DNA of 63,410 nt, filler included, from an uncultured Methanosarcinales archaeon (GTDB lineage: Archaea > Nanobdellota > Nanobdellia > Woesearchaeales > JACPBV01): NCBI GenBank assembly GCA_964492935.1. It is 4 parts of 4 records of this genome, joined end to end, with 100 filler letters (N's around TTAATTAATTAA, not from the genome) between each part and the next. Parts side by side here need not be neighbours in the genome. Positions count along the whole stretch, not along the records: positions 19,280 to 38,453 come from CAZBLF010000025.1; 3 more parts are not named here. The stretch is one strand, 5' to 3'. Made by a program: the position numbers and the translations under genes. The notes under the pieces were generated by a model. That model ran no database searches. It was not told where the DNA came from and saw only the letters and a program-made list of their open reading frames with translations. Shown piece after piece: positions 19,280-29,530 of the stretch (within the stretch, counting starts at the first letter, position 1; each line of letters begins with the position of its first letter).

Positions 19280-21751
19280 GGATATTCTTCTGCAGCAATC
19301 CATCCCGCAACGTCTTTTATTCTGAATCAGTATATTGCGGTTGGAACACAGCTGAAGGTTGAGCGTCCGGGAAAGGCTGCTGCTCTGACGTGTTGTGATT
19401 CTATCGAGGGACCGATCGTGTTATTAAAGGACGGCACGGTGAGGCGGCTTCACACCTTGGCTGAGGCCAAGCAGCACTCAAAGGAGACGGCAAAGATTTT
19501 GTTTTTGGGAGATTTATTGTTTAATTATGGCGATTTTTTTAATCGTGCACACACCTTAATTCCCGCAGGGTATTGCGAGGAGTGGTGGATTCAGGAGCTG
19601 GAGCTCTCGGTTAAGAAGAAACACGGTTCCCTGGATTTTGAGGCAGTGGGAATGGAATGTGGAATCGATGGCGCGTTTGTCAAGTCGCTCTTCGCAGATC
19701 CCCTTTTTGTTTTTCCTACCGCAAAGCAGGCGTTAGCATTGTGCAAGACGTATTCGGTGCGTTTGCATCCAAGACATACATATCACTGGAACATACTTTC
19801 GTTTGTGGAGTTTACTGCGTTGCTTGGATCACTACAAAAAGGAAAAGTTATTGCGGAAGGCGAAGGGCACCGGATTGTCTTTGCGTACGAGGAGTCCTTT
19901 AAATCCCAGCTAGAGGTGATTGGGGTGCCGCACAAGGCGATTGCGAACGAACACCTTGTTTTAGAGGGGGACGAAGCGGCAGTATTTGTTGCGCTTTTTT
20001 ATGGTGACCAGAAGAAGTTTTCGGGAGTATCGGAGACCAAGGGACAGACTACTACGGATTTACTCAACGAGGTGTGCTCGATACAACAGCAGGACAAATC
20101 AGGAGTCTTTATTGGGGCGAGGATGGGGCGGCCGGAGAAGGCGAAGATGCGGAAATTGGCGGGTAGTCCGCACGTACTGTTCCCGGTAGGAGATGAAGGG
20201 GGGAAATTACGTTCTTTTCAGAGCTCTATGGAGAAGGGCAAGATTACTGCGGAACTCAAGGCATATTATTGTGGTGTGTGTAAAAGTTCCGCGCTGTTTG
20301 GGGTGTGTGAGCGATGCAATACTGCGACCGTTCCTGCATTTGTGGATAGGTCAAGTGGGGCGATGACGTTGAAGCAGGGCGACAATCACAGTAGCTATCA
20401 CAAGACGACGATCCCCATCAGAGACTTATTTCAGAAGTTGAGGAAGGACTTGAAAGAAAAGGTACTTCCTGATTTGATAAAAGGGGTGCGCGGGACCTCG
20501 AACCGAGACCACACGCCCGAACACTTATCGAAAGGAATTTTGCGGGCAAAGCACAATGTGTATGTCAATAAGGATGGGACGACGCGCTATGATATGACTC
20601 AGCTTGTTATTACTCACTTTAAGCCCTTGGAAATCGGAACAAGCGTTGAGCGATTGCGAGAATTAGGTTATGGGCTTGATTGTTATGGGAAGCCGCTTGT
20701 TGATGATAATCAGATTTTGGAATTGAAGCCGCAAGATATTGTGCTTCCTGCCTGTCCAGAAAGCCCGGAGGAGGGTGCAGACGAGATTCTCTTCAGAACT
20801 ACGAAGTTTCTGGATGACTTGTTGGTAAAATTGTATGGGGTAAAGGCATTCTACAAACTCAAGTCAACGAAAGACCTGGCAGGACACCTTGTTAATGCGC
20901 TTGCTCCCCACACCTCTTCGTCGGTTGTCGCGCGAATAGTCGGATTTTCCAAAACGCAAGGGTTCCTAGCACATCCGATGTTGCACGCGGCAACACGAAG
21001 GGATTGTGATGGGGACGAGGCATCGGTTACGTTATTATTAGACACGCTTCTTAATTTTTCTCGGCAGTTTCTTCCGAACACACGAGGAGCAACGCAGGAT
21101 GCTTCGTTGGTGTTGACGAGCAGAGTAATTCCTTCGGAAGTAGACGATATGGTCTTTGATGTGGACGTGGTGTGGAAGTATCCTTTGTCGTTTTACGAGG
21201 CGGCGCTTGCGTACAAGGGACCCTGGGAAGTAGAGATAGAGCAACTTGGAAAGCGGCTCAATACTCCCGCACAGTATGAGGGAATGGGATTTACACACGG
21301 CATTTCAAACATTAACGAAGGAGTGATGTGTAGTGCCTATAAAACGTTGCCCTCGATGCAGGAAAAGTTACAGGGGCAGATGGATCTCGCGGACCGAATC
21401 CGTGCCGTGGACGAGGCAGACGTGGCGAGACTGGTGATTGATAAACACTTTATACGAGACATTAAGGGCAACCTGCGAAAGTTTTCACAGCAGCAGTTTA
21501 GATGTAGCAACTGCAATACTAAATATCGGCGTCCGCCACTGATTGGAAGATGCACAGAATGTCACGGGACGATTATTTTTACAATTTCTCAAGGATCTAT
21601 AGTGAAGTATTTGGAGCCGGCGATTAGTTTGGCTACGCGCTACAATCTGGATGCTTATATGCAACAGAGTTTGGATTTAGTTAAGCGTAGGGTCGAAGGT
21701 GTCTTTGGAAGGGAGCCGGACAAACAAGTCGGACTTGGAAGTTGGTTCTAG
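19280..21751 (+). CDS. polC: DNA polymerase D large subunit DP2 (5' truncated by gap)
   Basis: Frame is open from 19280 (IHPAT..GTQLKVERPGK); IGARMGRPEK, KDGTTRYD, RRDCDGDE, C-terminal zinc finger; no intein. Confidence 0.95.
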   Translation, partial: GYSSAAIHPATSFILNQYIAVGTQLKVERPGKAAALTCCDSIEGPIVLLKDGTVRRLHTLAEAKQHSKETAKILFLGDLLFNYGDFFNRAHTLIPAGYCEEWWIQELELSVKKKHGSLDFEAVGMECGIDGAFVKSLFADPLFVFPTAKQALALCKTYSVRLHPRHTYHWNILSFVEFTALLGSLQKGKVIAEGEGHRIVFAYEESFKSQLEVIGVPHKAIANEHLVLEGDEAAVFVALFYGDQKKFSGVSETKGQTTTDLLNEVCSIQQQDKSGVFIGARMGRPEKAKMRKLAGSPHVLFPVGDEGGKLRSFQSSMEKGKITAELKAYYCGVCKSSALFGVCERCNTATVPAFVDRSSGAMTLKQGDNHSSYHKTTIPIRDLFQKLRKDLKEKVLPDLIKGVRGTSNRDHTPEHLSKGILRAKHNVYVNKDGTTRYDMTQLVITHFKPLEIGTSVERLRELGYGLDCYGKPLVDDNQILELKPQDIVLPACPESPEEGADEILFRTTKFLDDLLVKLYGVKAFYKLKSTKDLAGHLVNALAPHTSSSVVARIVGFSKTQGFLAHPMLHAATRRDCDGDEASVTLLLDTLLNFSRQFLPNTRGATQDASLVLTSRVIPSEVDDMVFDVDVVWKYPLSFYEAALAYKGPWEVEIEQLGKRLNTPAQYEGMGFTHGISNINEGVMCSAYKTLPSMQEKLQGQMDLADRIRAVDEADVARLVIDKHFIRDIKGNLRKFSQQQFRCSNCNTKYRRPPLIGRCTECHGTIIFTISQGSIVKYLEPAISLATRYNLDAYMQQSLDLVKRRVEGVFGREPDKQVGLGSWF

Positions 21752-21791
21752 AAGCAAAAGCTATATATAGTCGGTTTTAGATAATTGGCGT

Positions 21792-22625
21792 ATGGTCCTG
21801 GAGTCTTTGTTTAGTGCTAAAGCTGCTGAGCGCAAGCCGCGGAAGCTTTTTTTTATGGGCTTTCTGTATACTTCTGTTGCTATGTGGCTTTCTTTGTGGA
21901 TTTTTAAATCGCATGCGTCGTTGGTGATGGTATTCCTTACGGTGTTGGCGGCCGTTCCGTTAATGTACTCTACGTTATTGTTGGAAGAGGAGAAAGACAT
22001 GCAAGGATATTCTGAATCGTATTTATTGAAGGAGCATGGCAAGGCGCTGTCTTTTTTCGTGTTTCTTTTCTTGGGCGCGACATTAGCATTTACGTTTTGG
22101 TATGTGGTGCTGCCTGCAGACATCACTTTGCAGCTGTTTGCGGTTCAGACACAGACGATTGCTGACGTCAATACCCAGGTAACGGGGGCCGCAGTTAATT
22201 CAGCTGCTTTTTTTTCGAGAATCTTTTTTAATAATTTGAAAGTGTTGATCTTCTGTCTGATTTTTTCCTTTTTGTACGGTTCTGGAGCAATCTTTATTCT
22301 AACCTGGAATGCCTCGGTTATTGGAACCGCAATTGGAAATTTTATTCGGTCGAACCTTACTGCAGATGCAGGTATTTTTCAGTACTTTGAGATTACTTCC
22401 CTAGGGTTATTGCGTTATTTTATCCACGGAATTCCAGAAATATTAGCGTATTTTGTTGGGGGTTTGGCGGCAGGTATTATCTCGATCGCAGTTATTCGTC
22501 ACGATTTTACCTCTAAACGGTTTAATGCTGTGGTTGTGGATGCGAGCGATCTGATTGTCCTGGCGATTGCCATTTTATTTGGTGCCGCATTGATCGAGGC
22601 ATTTATTACTCCTGTTTTATTCTAA
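21792..22625 (+). CDS. SpoIIM/DUF95-like membrane protein
   Basis: IFFNNLKV, WNA..IG, HGIPEI, AALIE. Confidence 0.8.
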   Translation: MVLESLFSAKAAERKPRKLFFMGFLYTSVAMWLSLWIFKSHASLVMVFLTVLAAVPLMYSTLLLEEEKDMQGYSESYLLKEHGKALSFFVFLFLGATLAFTFWYVVLPADITLQLFAVQTQTIADVNTQVTGAAVNSAAFFSRIFFNNLKVLIFCLIFSFLYGSGAIFILTWNASVIGTAIGNFIRSNLTADAGIFQYFEITSLGLLRYFIHGIPEILAYFVGGLAAGIISIAVIRHDFTSKRFNAVVVDASDLIVLAIAILFGAALIEAFITPVLF

Positions 22626-23327
22626 GACCTTAATTTTTCCTGGTTGGACTTCGAAAAGATCTCCTTGGGCTAGCATTCTTTTAACGATGTCCTCGGCATC
22701 TGGACGCTGGAGGTGTTCGACAATTTCCTGCAGGTCCGCTCCTGAACCATCATCTTTTTCTTTGATTAATGTGCAGATGACTTCTGGATCTACTTCTGTT
22801 GTGGCAGGGGGTGTTGGCGCAGGTTGCGGGGAGGTAGCTGGAGAAGATGCAGCTGAGCTAGCGGGAGTCGGAGCAGGGCCTGTTTCCACGACTGGGACCG
22901 TTGCCGGTGCTTCTGTACTAGTTGGTGCTTGACCGTTCGTCTCCTTTTTTCTGATCTCGAACCAAGTTTTGTCGTTTAATTCTCGAACGATTTCTGCTAC
23001 GAGATAGCGTTCTTGTAGATATTCTCTGGGGCGGCCTACAACTAAGACCAATGAGCCGGTTTGTGAGGACTGTAATCCAGGATTATTTTCAAAACTTCTT
23101 ACCACAATTTGGCCGGAGCCGTCATCAATACGTAAGCTACCGAATTGTGAATCTTCCTTTCCGATGACTACTCCCAGGATATTGGCACGTGCTATTTTTT
23201 TAGTGTTGTGCAGGATGTAGTTGGGTTGCCACTCTCCCTCTTCTTTAATATATTCTCCATCAAGGAGTTCGTTAATGCGTACCTTCCATGCTATCTGTCT
23301 TTTCTGAATTGTTTTTGTTTCTGTCAT
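22617..23327 (-). CDS. RPA2-like OB-fold protein with Pro/Ala/Thr linker and C-terminal winged helix
   Basis: RQIAWKV.I, IDDGSG.I, C-terminal GDLFEV.PG. Confidence 0.7.
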   Translation of the reverse strand: MTETKTIQKRQIAWKVRINELLDGEYIKEEGEWQPNYILHNTKKIARANILGVVIGKEDSQFGSLRIDDGSGQIVVRSFENNPGLQSSQTGSLVLVVGRPREYLQERYLVAEIVRELNDKTWFEIRKKETNGQAPTSTEAPATVPVVETGPAPTPASSAASSPATSPQPAPTPPATTEVDPEVICTLIKEKDDGSGADLQEIVEHLQRPDAEDIVKRMLAQGDLFEVQPGKIKVLE

Positions 23328-25402
23328 AATCGATTTATACTCCCTTGTTTTGGTTCAAATATGTCTCCTGATCGTTTTAACTTTTCAATGACTTCTTCTA
23401 CTTTGTCTTGCGCTAGGCCTCTTTTTTTGGCCTCACCCATAATATCGTCTATGGGAACGGTTTTACCTACTTTTTCTTCTAGCGCATTAATGATTTCCTT
23501 GACCACCATGATGCTGTTTCTGGAAGACGCAGAAACGCCGGTAGCGATTCGATCGATATCAATTTTCCCCGTTTCCTTATCGAACCCTACATCCATGAGT
23601 GAATGTTCGAGAATGGCGATTGCTTTCTTTGCGTCTTCTTTTTCGACTTCTTCTGAAAGACGGAGGCGCGCATTGGCTTCGCTCATTCGGACGAGGCCTT
23701 CGAGCTGACGTGGAGAGATAGGAATTGTTTTAATACCTTCTTCGGCGCTGCCACTTGAACGCATTTTGAGATAGTATCCTTTTATTTCTTCAATTGCTGT
23801 GTTGGTGAGTTTTGGACTTACCTTTTGTTTCGCATAGGCGATAAATTTCTTCAGTAGGTCGGTATCGATGTCTTGTTGCACTTCTTGAGGTTTTTGGTGG
23901 AGCTTAAGCATGTGTGATGCTAGTTTATCGTCTTTAGCTCTATCCGGGATGTCTTTGATAGTGAAGATGAGATCGAAACGGTTGATGAGCGCCGGAGGGA
24001 GATCGATTTGCTCTGCGATGATCCCATAGGGATCGAAGCGACCATACTTTGGATTTGCTGCGGCGAGTACGGTGGTACGTGCAAGGAGCGTTGCCTGGAT
24101 ATTGGCCTTGGAAATACTCACGGTTTGATTTTCCATTGCCTCGTGCATTGCGGATCGGTCTTCATCAGTCATTTTGTCCATCTCGTCGATGGCACAGAGA
24201 CCATTAGATGCGAGGACCATGGCTCCTGCTTCCAACGACCAACCACGCAGGAATTCGTCTCGGACGACGGTGGCGGTTAATCCGGCAGCCGACACACCCT
24301 TACCTGAAACATATCTTGCTTTTGGTGCAATGGTGTTGGCTCTTTTGAGTAGCGCAGATTTACCGGACCCTGGATCTCCAATAAGGAGTACGTGCATGTC
24401 TCCACGGCTTTTGACTCCATCTTTTCGTTCTTTGTGGACTCCGCCGACCATTTGGAGAAGAATGGCTTCTTTGATGAGGTCGTGACCGAAAATGGAGGGA
24501 GCCACAGAGCTTACAAGACGGACAATCGAATTCGGATCGGCTGCGATGTCTTTGATTGCTTGTTCTTCTTCCGGCGTAATTGCGACATCCAGAAACGTTT
24601 CTTCAACCGCCTCGACGTTGTTAGCTTCGATGAGAAGATCGAAACGAGTCGAGGTTGCTCCTGTTCGTAAGGTGATGGGGATCTCCTTGATGGTTCCCGT
24701 TACGAGAATTTTTGCACCAGGTGCGGTTTTGCGCTCTGACATGGGCGAGACGAGATCGTCTTTCAGGAACACCTGCATTCGTTTGGGTTGTTCTCCTCCT
24801 TCGAGAGATTCGGAGGATTCTTCTAGCGTTATGCCTTGGGCGTCAACGAGCTCTTTTGATAGCAACTTAAACTTGCCTTTTCGGCCGCAGCCACAGCGGG
24901 TTGGTTCTTTGAATTGTGATTCTAGTTGAAGAACCGAAATAACGTTTCCACACGACGGACATTCGAATTTAGCGGAGGTAACTTGTGGTCGGACGTCAGA
25001 TTTTTGTCGTACGACGCCCTCCATGTAATAGAGTTTCCCTAAATGCTTACTTCTAATTTCTCTAATGAGTAGTTCCTGGCTTTCGGGAAGATTTTCGAAT
25101 CTGATGCGTACGTCTGGATTTCCTTCAAGATCGAAATAGGTGATGGCAAGTTCGGCAGCCTTGATCATTTCCTCTGGCTGATCCAAGATACGCGCAGCAA
25201 GATCGACATCAAAAACGCTTACCTGTTTAAAATCAAGGCTGAGAACATGTTGCTCGCGTCGGAGATTAGCGTTCAACGTAGCTAGGTGATTTTTTTCGAT
25301 GTACTCTCTAAATTTCTCAACGGACTCTGCCCCCTTTGGTTCTTCTTCAAGGACAGGACCATCTACTTCCCCCACAGTAGTCGCCTCACGAATTATACTC
25401 AA
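23324..25402 (-). CDS. mcm: MCM replicative helicase
   Basis: CPSCG zinc motif, GDPGSGKS, IDEMDKM, AAANP; arginine finger in NRFD. Confidence 0.95.
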   Translation of the reverse strand: MSIIREATTVGEVDGPVLEEEPKGAESVEKFREYIEKNHLATLNANLRREQHVLSLDFKQVSVFDVDLAARILDQPEEMIKAAELAITYFDLEGNPDVRIRFENLPESQELLIREIRSKHLGKLYYMEGVVRQKSDVRPQVTSAKFECPSCGNVISVLQLESQFKEPTRCGCGRKGKFKLLSKELVDAQGITLEESSESLEGGEQPKRMQVFLKDDLVSPMSERKTAPGAKILVTGTIKEIPITLRTGATSTRFDLLIEANNVEAVEETFLDVAITPEEEQAIKDIAADPNSIVRLVSSVAPSIFGHDLIKEAILLQMVGGVHKERKDGVKSRGDMHVLLIGDPGSGKSALLKRANTIAPKARYVSGKGVSAAGLTATVVRDEFLRGWSLEAGAMVLASNGLCAIDEMDKMTDEDRSAMHEAMENQTVSISKANIQATLLARTTVLAAANPKYGRFDPYGIIAEQIDLPPALINRFDLIFTIKDIPDRAKDDKLASHMLKLHQKPQEVQQDIDTDLLKKFIAYAKQKVSPKLTNTAIEEIKGYYLKMRSSGSAEEGIKTIPISPRQLEGLVRMSEANARLRLSEEVEKEDAKKAIAILEHSLMDVGFDKETGKIDIDRIATGVSASSRNSIMVVKEIINALEEKVGKTVPIDDIMGEAKKRGLAQDKVEEVIEKLKRSGDIFEPKQGSINRL

Positions 25403-25493
25403 AGCAAATAATTATCGAACTTTTGTTTGCTTTTCCTAATAAACAAAGACAATATCTATGTTCGAATATTTGTTGCCTTTGATATATATATGA

Positions 25494-26081
25494 TTATGCT
25501 TTTACTTTTTTCAGGTTTACAATCAACTTTTCTAGTGCTGAATGTACTTCTGCTTCTGACTTTGTTCCAGTACAAACAATCTTTCCGTTACTAAACAACA
25601 GGAACGTTGCTTTTGCCTCTTCAAGTTTGTATACCAATCCAGGGAACTGTTCTGGTTCGTATTCGGTATTTTCTAACTTCATGGCTAGCACATTGAGGTT
25701 GAGATCCATTCCTACGGACCCCGAAGCCACAATATTCTGGATTTTTACTTCTGGTTCGATTGAAATTTTGATATTTATTTTTTCCAGGCTCTTGATTATC
25801 TTCTTGATGGAGAGATGCACGTTTTCCATGGTTCTTGCACCAGTACACACCACCTTTCCAGAGCTGAAGATTAAGGCGCTGGTTTTGGGCTCTTTAATTC
25901 TAATTACAAGTCCTGGGAATTGTTCTGGGTTGTATTCAGTGTTAGATAGCGTAGCAGCCATCTTTTCAAGCGGAATTTCGTGGTTTAGGGAAGTACTAAC
26001 TACAATATTAACTACTTTGATGTCTCTCTTTGGTTTTTTAGTGACTTTGGTGGTTTCCTGCTTTTTTGTCGCTTTTTTCAT
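25494..26081 (-). CDS. tbp: TATA-box binding protein
   Basis: Two NIV.S...YxPEQFPGLV...GK.VCTG repeats. Confidence 0.97.
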   Translation of the reverse strand: MKKATKKQETTKVTKKPKRDIKVVNIVVSTSLNHEIPLEKMAATLSNTEYNPEQFPGLVIRIKEPKTSALIFSSGKVVCTGARTMENVHLSIKKIIKSLEKINIKISIEPEVKIQNIVASGSVGMDLNLNVLAMKLENTEYEPEQFPGLVYKLEEAKATFLLFSNGKIVCTGTKSEAEVHSALEKLIVNLKKVKA

Positions 26082-26219
26082 GGTATACCCTCCTAATCTG
26101 CCTTTAAATCTTCTAAGAAGACTTTTTAAGTCTCTGTAGACTGTATCCTTTATAAGGGTTTATAAACAACTGAACTTTATAAACCCTTGTTTTATGGTCC
26201 GAAGAACGAGATCTTGATT

Positions 26220-27776
26220 TTAGTTTGCGGTAAGAAGACAGAAATTGAATCCCTTCTCAATTGCCTCGATACTTGCTTTTAGGATATTGGCCGAGACTCC
26301 CACGGTTCCGAAGGTTTCTCCTCGGTAGGAGAACTCTACGTAGACGCGAACAGCACTCTTTTCGGAGGGGTCTTTAACTATTGCAACTTTGAAATTGGTT
26401 AGTTGGATGGGGGATTTGAGTAAGGGAAACGCCAATTCATTCATTGTTTGAAAAGCCGCATCGATGGGTCCACCTGAGACGTGGGAGGAGGCAGCTTTCT
26501 CTTTCCCATTTACTCGCGCATTGATGCTACATTCGGCATACCCTATATCTCCTTCTTCTGATCGGATTTCCCAGCTTTGTATCTCGAGAGGAGAGGCATT
26601 CATTTCTAGGCGCTCTTTTAGCAGATATTGTTCTGCAGGGAGCGTACCCATACCATACCCTTGTTTCTCCATTTCCTCTACGAGAGTGAGCATCTCCTTT
26701 ACTTTTGGATCGTGTTTCTCTACGGTGACTCCGAATTTTTTAAGTACTTCCAGGATATTTGCCTTTCCGCCAAGGTCACTTAGCACAATGTCTCTTTTGT
26801 TTCCTACCTTTGCAGGATCGATGTGTTCGTAGGATGCTCCTTTGTTGATTGCATCTACATGGATGCCGCCCTTATGACTAAATGCGTTTTTTCCAAGGAA
26901 CGGCCGCTTGGGATCTTGTTTTAAATTGGCTAAGGTATCTACTTTTTCGCTCAGGGCAGTTAGGTTTGCTAGCTGTATTTCTGGGAGCTCGGTTTTCATT
27001 TTAAGGAGGAGGTTGGGGAGAATCTGGCAGAGGTCTGCATTTCCGGTTCTTTCGCCTAGGCCATTGATGGTGCCTTGAATCATCTCTACGCCCTCCTCAA
27101 TAGCGACAAGCGAATTTGCAACTCCCAAACCGGAATCGTTATGGAAATGCGCTCCCAGTTTGACCTCTAGGTTTTTCGCACGCAAGTAAGCAAAGACTTC
27201 CCTCAGGATGGTTTTAACCTCTACGGGGAGGGTTCCGCCATTGGTATCGCAGGGGATGATGTAGGATGCACCGGCAATTGCTGCTGCTTCGATACATTCG
27301 AGTGCGTATTTTTTATCGTCTTTATATCCATCAAAGAAATGCTCGAGATCGTAGAACACTTCGAGTCCCTCACTTTTTAGAAATACAATACTTTCCCGAA
27401 TAGCTTCTAGATTTTTCTCTGGAGTTGTAGAAAGCTGCTTTTCGATATGGTCTTTCCATGTTTTTCCGAAGATGCATGCAACGCGTGCTTTGCTCTTTAC
27501 AATCCCTTGGAGGTTTGAGTCTTCTGCAGCTAGAATATCTTTTTTTCGGGTACTTCCAAACGCGACAATGGTGGCGTGATTCAAGGAGAGCTTGGCTGCT
27601 TCATGAAACGTTTCCATTTCTTTCTTGTTTGCTGCAGGCCATCCGAGCTCGATGTAGTCGATTCCGAAACCGTCCATGGATTTAGCTAGTTCTATTTTAT
27701 CCTGGATAGAAAGATTGACATCTGCACTCTGACAACCATCTCTTAGGAGGGTGTCGAAGATTTTAAGCTGCTTCAT
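26220..27776 (-). CDS. cimA: Citramalate synthase, bacterial-type CimA (LeuA family)
   Basis: DTLLRDG.Q, AFGSTR, EHFFDGYK, HFHND, NGLGERTGN, HKGGIH, YEHIDP. Confidence 0.85.
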   Translation of the reverse strand: MKQLKIFDTLLRDGCQSADVNLSIQDKIELAKSMDGFGIDYIELGWPAANKKEMETFHEAAKLSLNHATIVAFGSTRKKDILAAEDSNLQGIVKSKARVACIFGKTWKDHIEKQLSTTPEKNLEAIRESIVFLKSEGLEVFYDLEHFFDGYKDDKKYALECIEAAAIAGASYIIPCDTNGGTLPVEVKTILREVFAYLRAKNLEVKLGAHFHNDSGLGVANSLVAIEEGVEMIQGTINGLGERTGNADLCQILPNLLLKMKTELPEIQLANLTALSEKVDTLANLKQDPKRPFLGKNAFSHKGGIHVDAINKGASYEHIDPAKVGNKRDIVLSDLGGKANILEVLKKFGVTVEKHDPKVKEMLTLVEEMEKQGYGMGTLPAEQYLLKERLEMNASPLEIQSWEIRSEEGDIGYAECSINARVNGKEKAASSHVSGGPIDAAFQTMNELAFPLLKSPIQLTNFKVAIVKDPSEKSAVRVYVEFSYRGETFGTVGVSANILKASIEAIEKGFNFCLLTAN

Positions 27777-27883
27777 AACCGTCGAAAACGCACTTTTCTT
27801 TTAATTGTTTTCGCTTTTCTATTTGTCACTCGTGAATGGTTATTATAGAAAGGTTTATAAAGTAATTTGAGGTCCTAGTATCT

Positions 27884-28666
27884 ATGTTAGTACAGAAAGA
27901 CTTTTTGAGTAAGCTGAAGGATTTTGGTCTCAACACCTATGAGAGCAAGATTTGGACTGCTTTGTTGTCGAGGGGAACTTCGAGCGCAGGAGAATTGAGC
28001 GATATCGCTAATGTTCCGAGAAGTCGAAGCTATGATGTTCTTGAAAGCCTAGAGAGAAAGGGCTTTATTACGATGAAGGCAGGCAAGCCCATTACGTACA
28101 TGGCAGTTGCGCCTGCTGAAGTTATTGACCGGATTAAGGAGAAGTTGGCGGAACACTCAAACAACCAGTTAGCGTTGATTGAAAGCATCAAAACTACGCC
28201 AGTTCTTGATGAACTGAACGCATTACACGTACAGGGAGTTTCAAATGTGCAGCCGGTTGATCTTACCGGCAGTATCCGTGGAAGAAAAAACATTTACAAT
28301 CATCTTATTGCTATGATCAAGAACGCTAAGACAAGTATTACGTTATCTACAACTGATGCAGGATTAGCTCGCAAATCACATACTCTTTTATCTTACTTGC
28401 AGGCAGCTGCAGCAAAAGGAGTTCGTGTTACGATTGCGGTTCCTGGTGGGAAGAAACATGAGCACGCAAAAATATTTTCTGCGTTTTCTACTCTTGTAGC
28501 AGCAACACACACTTCGCGCTTTTGTATTGTGGATAAGAAGGAGACCCTGTTCTTTTTGATGTTAGATGATTCTGTACATCCTAGCTATGAAGTAGCTGTT
28601 TGGGTTGCAACGGACTTTTTTGCAAGTCGGTTAGAGGCAGCATTTCAGCAACATCTTTCTGCTTAG
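27884..28666 (+). CDS. TrmB family transcriptional regulator
   Basis: GLNTYE...VPRSRSYDVLESL wHTH followed by a PLD-like effector domain. Confidence 0.85.
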   Translation: MLVQKDFLSKLKDFGLNTYESKIWTALLSRGTSSAGELSDIANVPRSRSYDVLESLERKGFITMKAGKPITYMAVAPAEVIDRIKEKLAEHSNNQLALIESIKTTPVLDELNALHVQGVSNVQPVDLTGSIRGRKNIYNHLIAMIKNAKTSITLSTTDAGLARKSHTLLSYLQAAAAKGVRVTIAVPGGKKHEHAKIFSAFSTLVAATHTSRFCIVDKKETLFFLMLDDSVHPSYEVAVWVATDFFASRLEAAFQQHLSA

Positions 28667-28741
28667 GCATTAACCAAAGATTTAAATACTACTTATACTC
28701 CTATCAGTCTATATAATTCATCCATAAGAGGTGGTAATACT

Positions 28742-28942
28742 ATGGTTTTAGGCGTCCAAGAAATTACGTTGGCAATTATCGTTGGCACACTAGCTGCGAT
28801 TGTGTATTCTTTGCGGGTTATGGTTCTCATGGAGAGAAGAATTGCTCGGATAGAGATGCATATTGAAAGCGTTGTCGGAAGAATCATGCGTGAAGAGCTC
28901 AAAATCGAACGCAGTCTTAAATCGCGCAAGAAAAAGAAGTAA
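28742..28942 (+). CDS. Small single-TM protein
   Basis: SD-like GAGGTGG upstream; TM helix plus coiled-coil/basic tail. Confidence 0.65.
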   Translation: MVLGVQEITLAIIVGTLAAIVYSLRVMVLMERRIARIEMHIESVVGRIMREELKIERSLKSRKKKK

Positions 28943-28963
28943 TTTCTTTTTCATTTCATTTTT

Positions 28964-29356
28964 TTATCTTTCTATTATTTCTTCGAAAAGGAGTCCTTTT
29001 TGTTCCGCAAGTTCTTTTGTAATTGCATATGAGCTTTCGGTCTTTTTCATATCTTCTAGGGCGAGGAAGTGCCAGGCTGTTTTGTTGAAACGCATTGCGA
29101 TCAAGGGTTCGGCACCATAGATTTCTGCGAATTCTTTGAGTTGTTCGATTTCTTCATGAGGAATGTATTTTGAATCCTCTTTCGAGGTTTTGCATTCGAT
29201 GGCTAGCTTTCGGATTCTATTTGATGCTAGGACATCTGCTGAAGGATATCTGGATGATCCTGAACCTGCAATTCGTACGGCGGCCCATTCTTTTGTTGCC
29301 CAGAATTTGTGGATGAGGTCGCGTTCTGCGTTGATGCCTTTTGATTTTCTGCTCAT
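28964..29356 (-). CDS. hjc: Holliday junction resolvase Hjc
   Basis: KG..AERDL, R.AGSG, D(V)LA, IECK. Confidence 0.9.
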   Translation of the reverse strand: MSRKSKGINAERDLIHKFWATKEWAAVRIAGSGSSRYPSADVLASNRIRKLAIECKTSKEDSKYIPHEEIEQLKEFAEIYGAEPLIAMRFNKTAWHFLALEDMKKTESSYAITKELAEQKGLLFEEIIER

Positions 29357-29401
29357 AATGGAAGTTTAGAAATTCTCTTCTAAATAGTTATCGCTTCTTG
29401 T

Positions 29402-29530
29402 TCGGGATTTGGTGTGTTCGAAATCCTGATGAATTATCTGGGGGTCCTGTGGCCCGGATGGCACAACCCCTACTACGGACCGGATACGTTTCTTTAAAGA
29501 TTTCGACTGGAGCACACCACCTCCCCAGAT
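29402..29530 (+). ncRNA. Putative structured ncRNA, element 1
   Basis: Hairpin 29402-29429; closing stem ATCTGGGG/CCCCAGAT; core shared with 34183-34339; G-U pairs favour the + strand. Confidence 0.5.

Noticed and set aside
20990..21020. Intein at the usual DP2 insertion site, and in MCM or NrdA
   Set aside because: The motifs are contiguous and protein lengths are normal.
25403..25493. Replication origin in the AT-rich spacer upstream of mcm
   Set aside because: It is too short, has no ORB-like G-string repeats and no cdc6; it reads as a promoter region.
29434..29530. SAM-I riboswitch resemblance (TTATC..TGGCCCG.ATG..CAACC..GAT)
   Set aside because: It lacks the AGAG/GAGGGA kink-turn arm and GGTGC.AA, and no gene lies downstream on the + strand.
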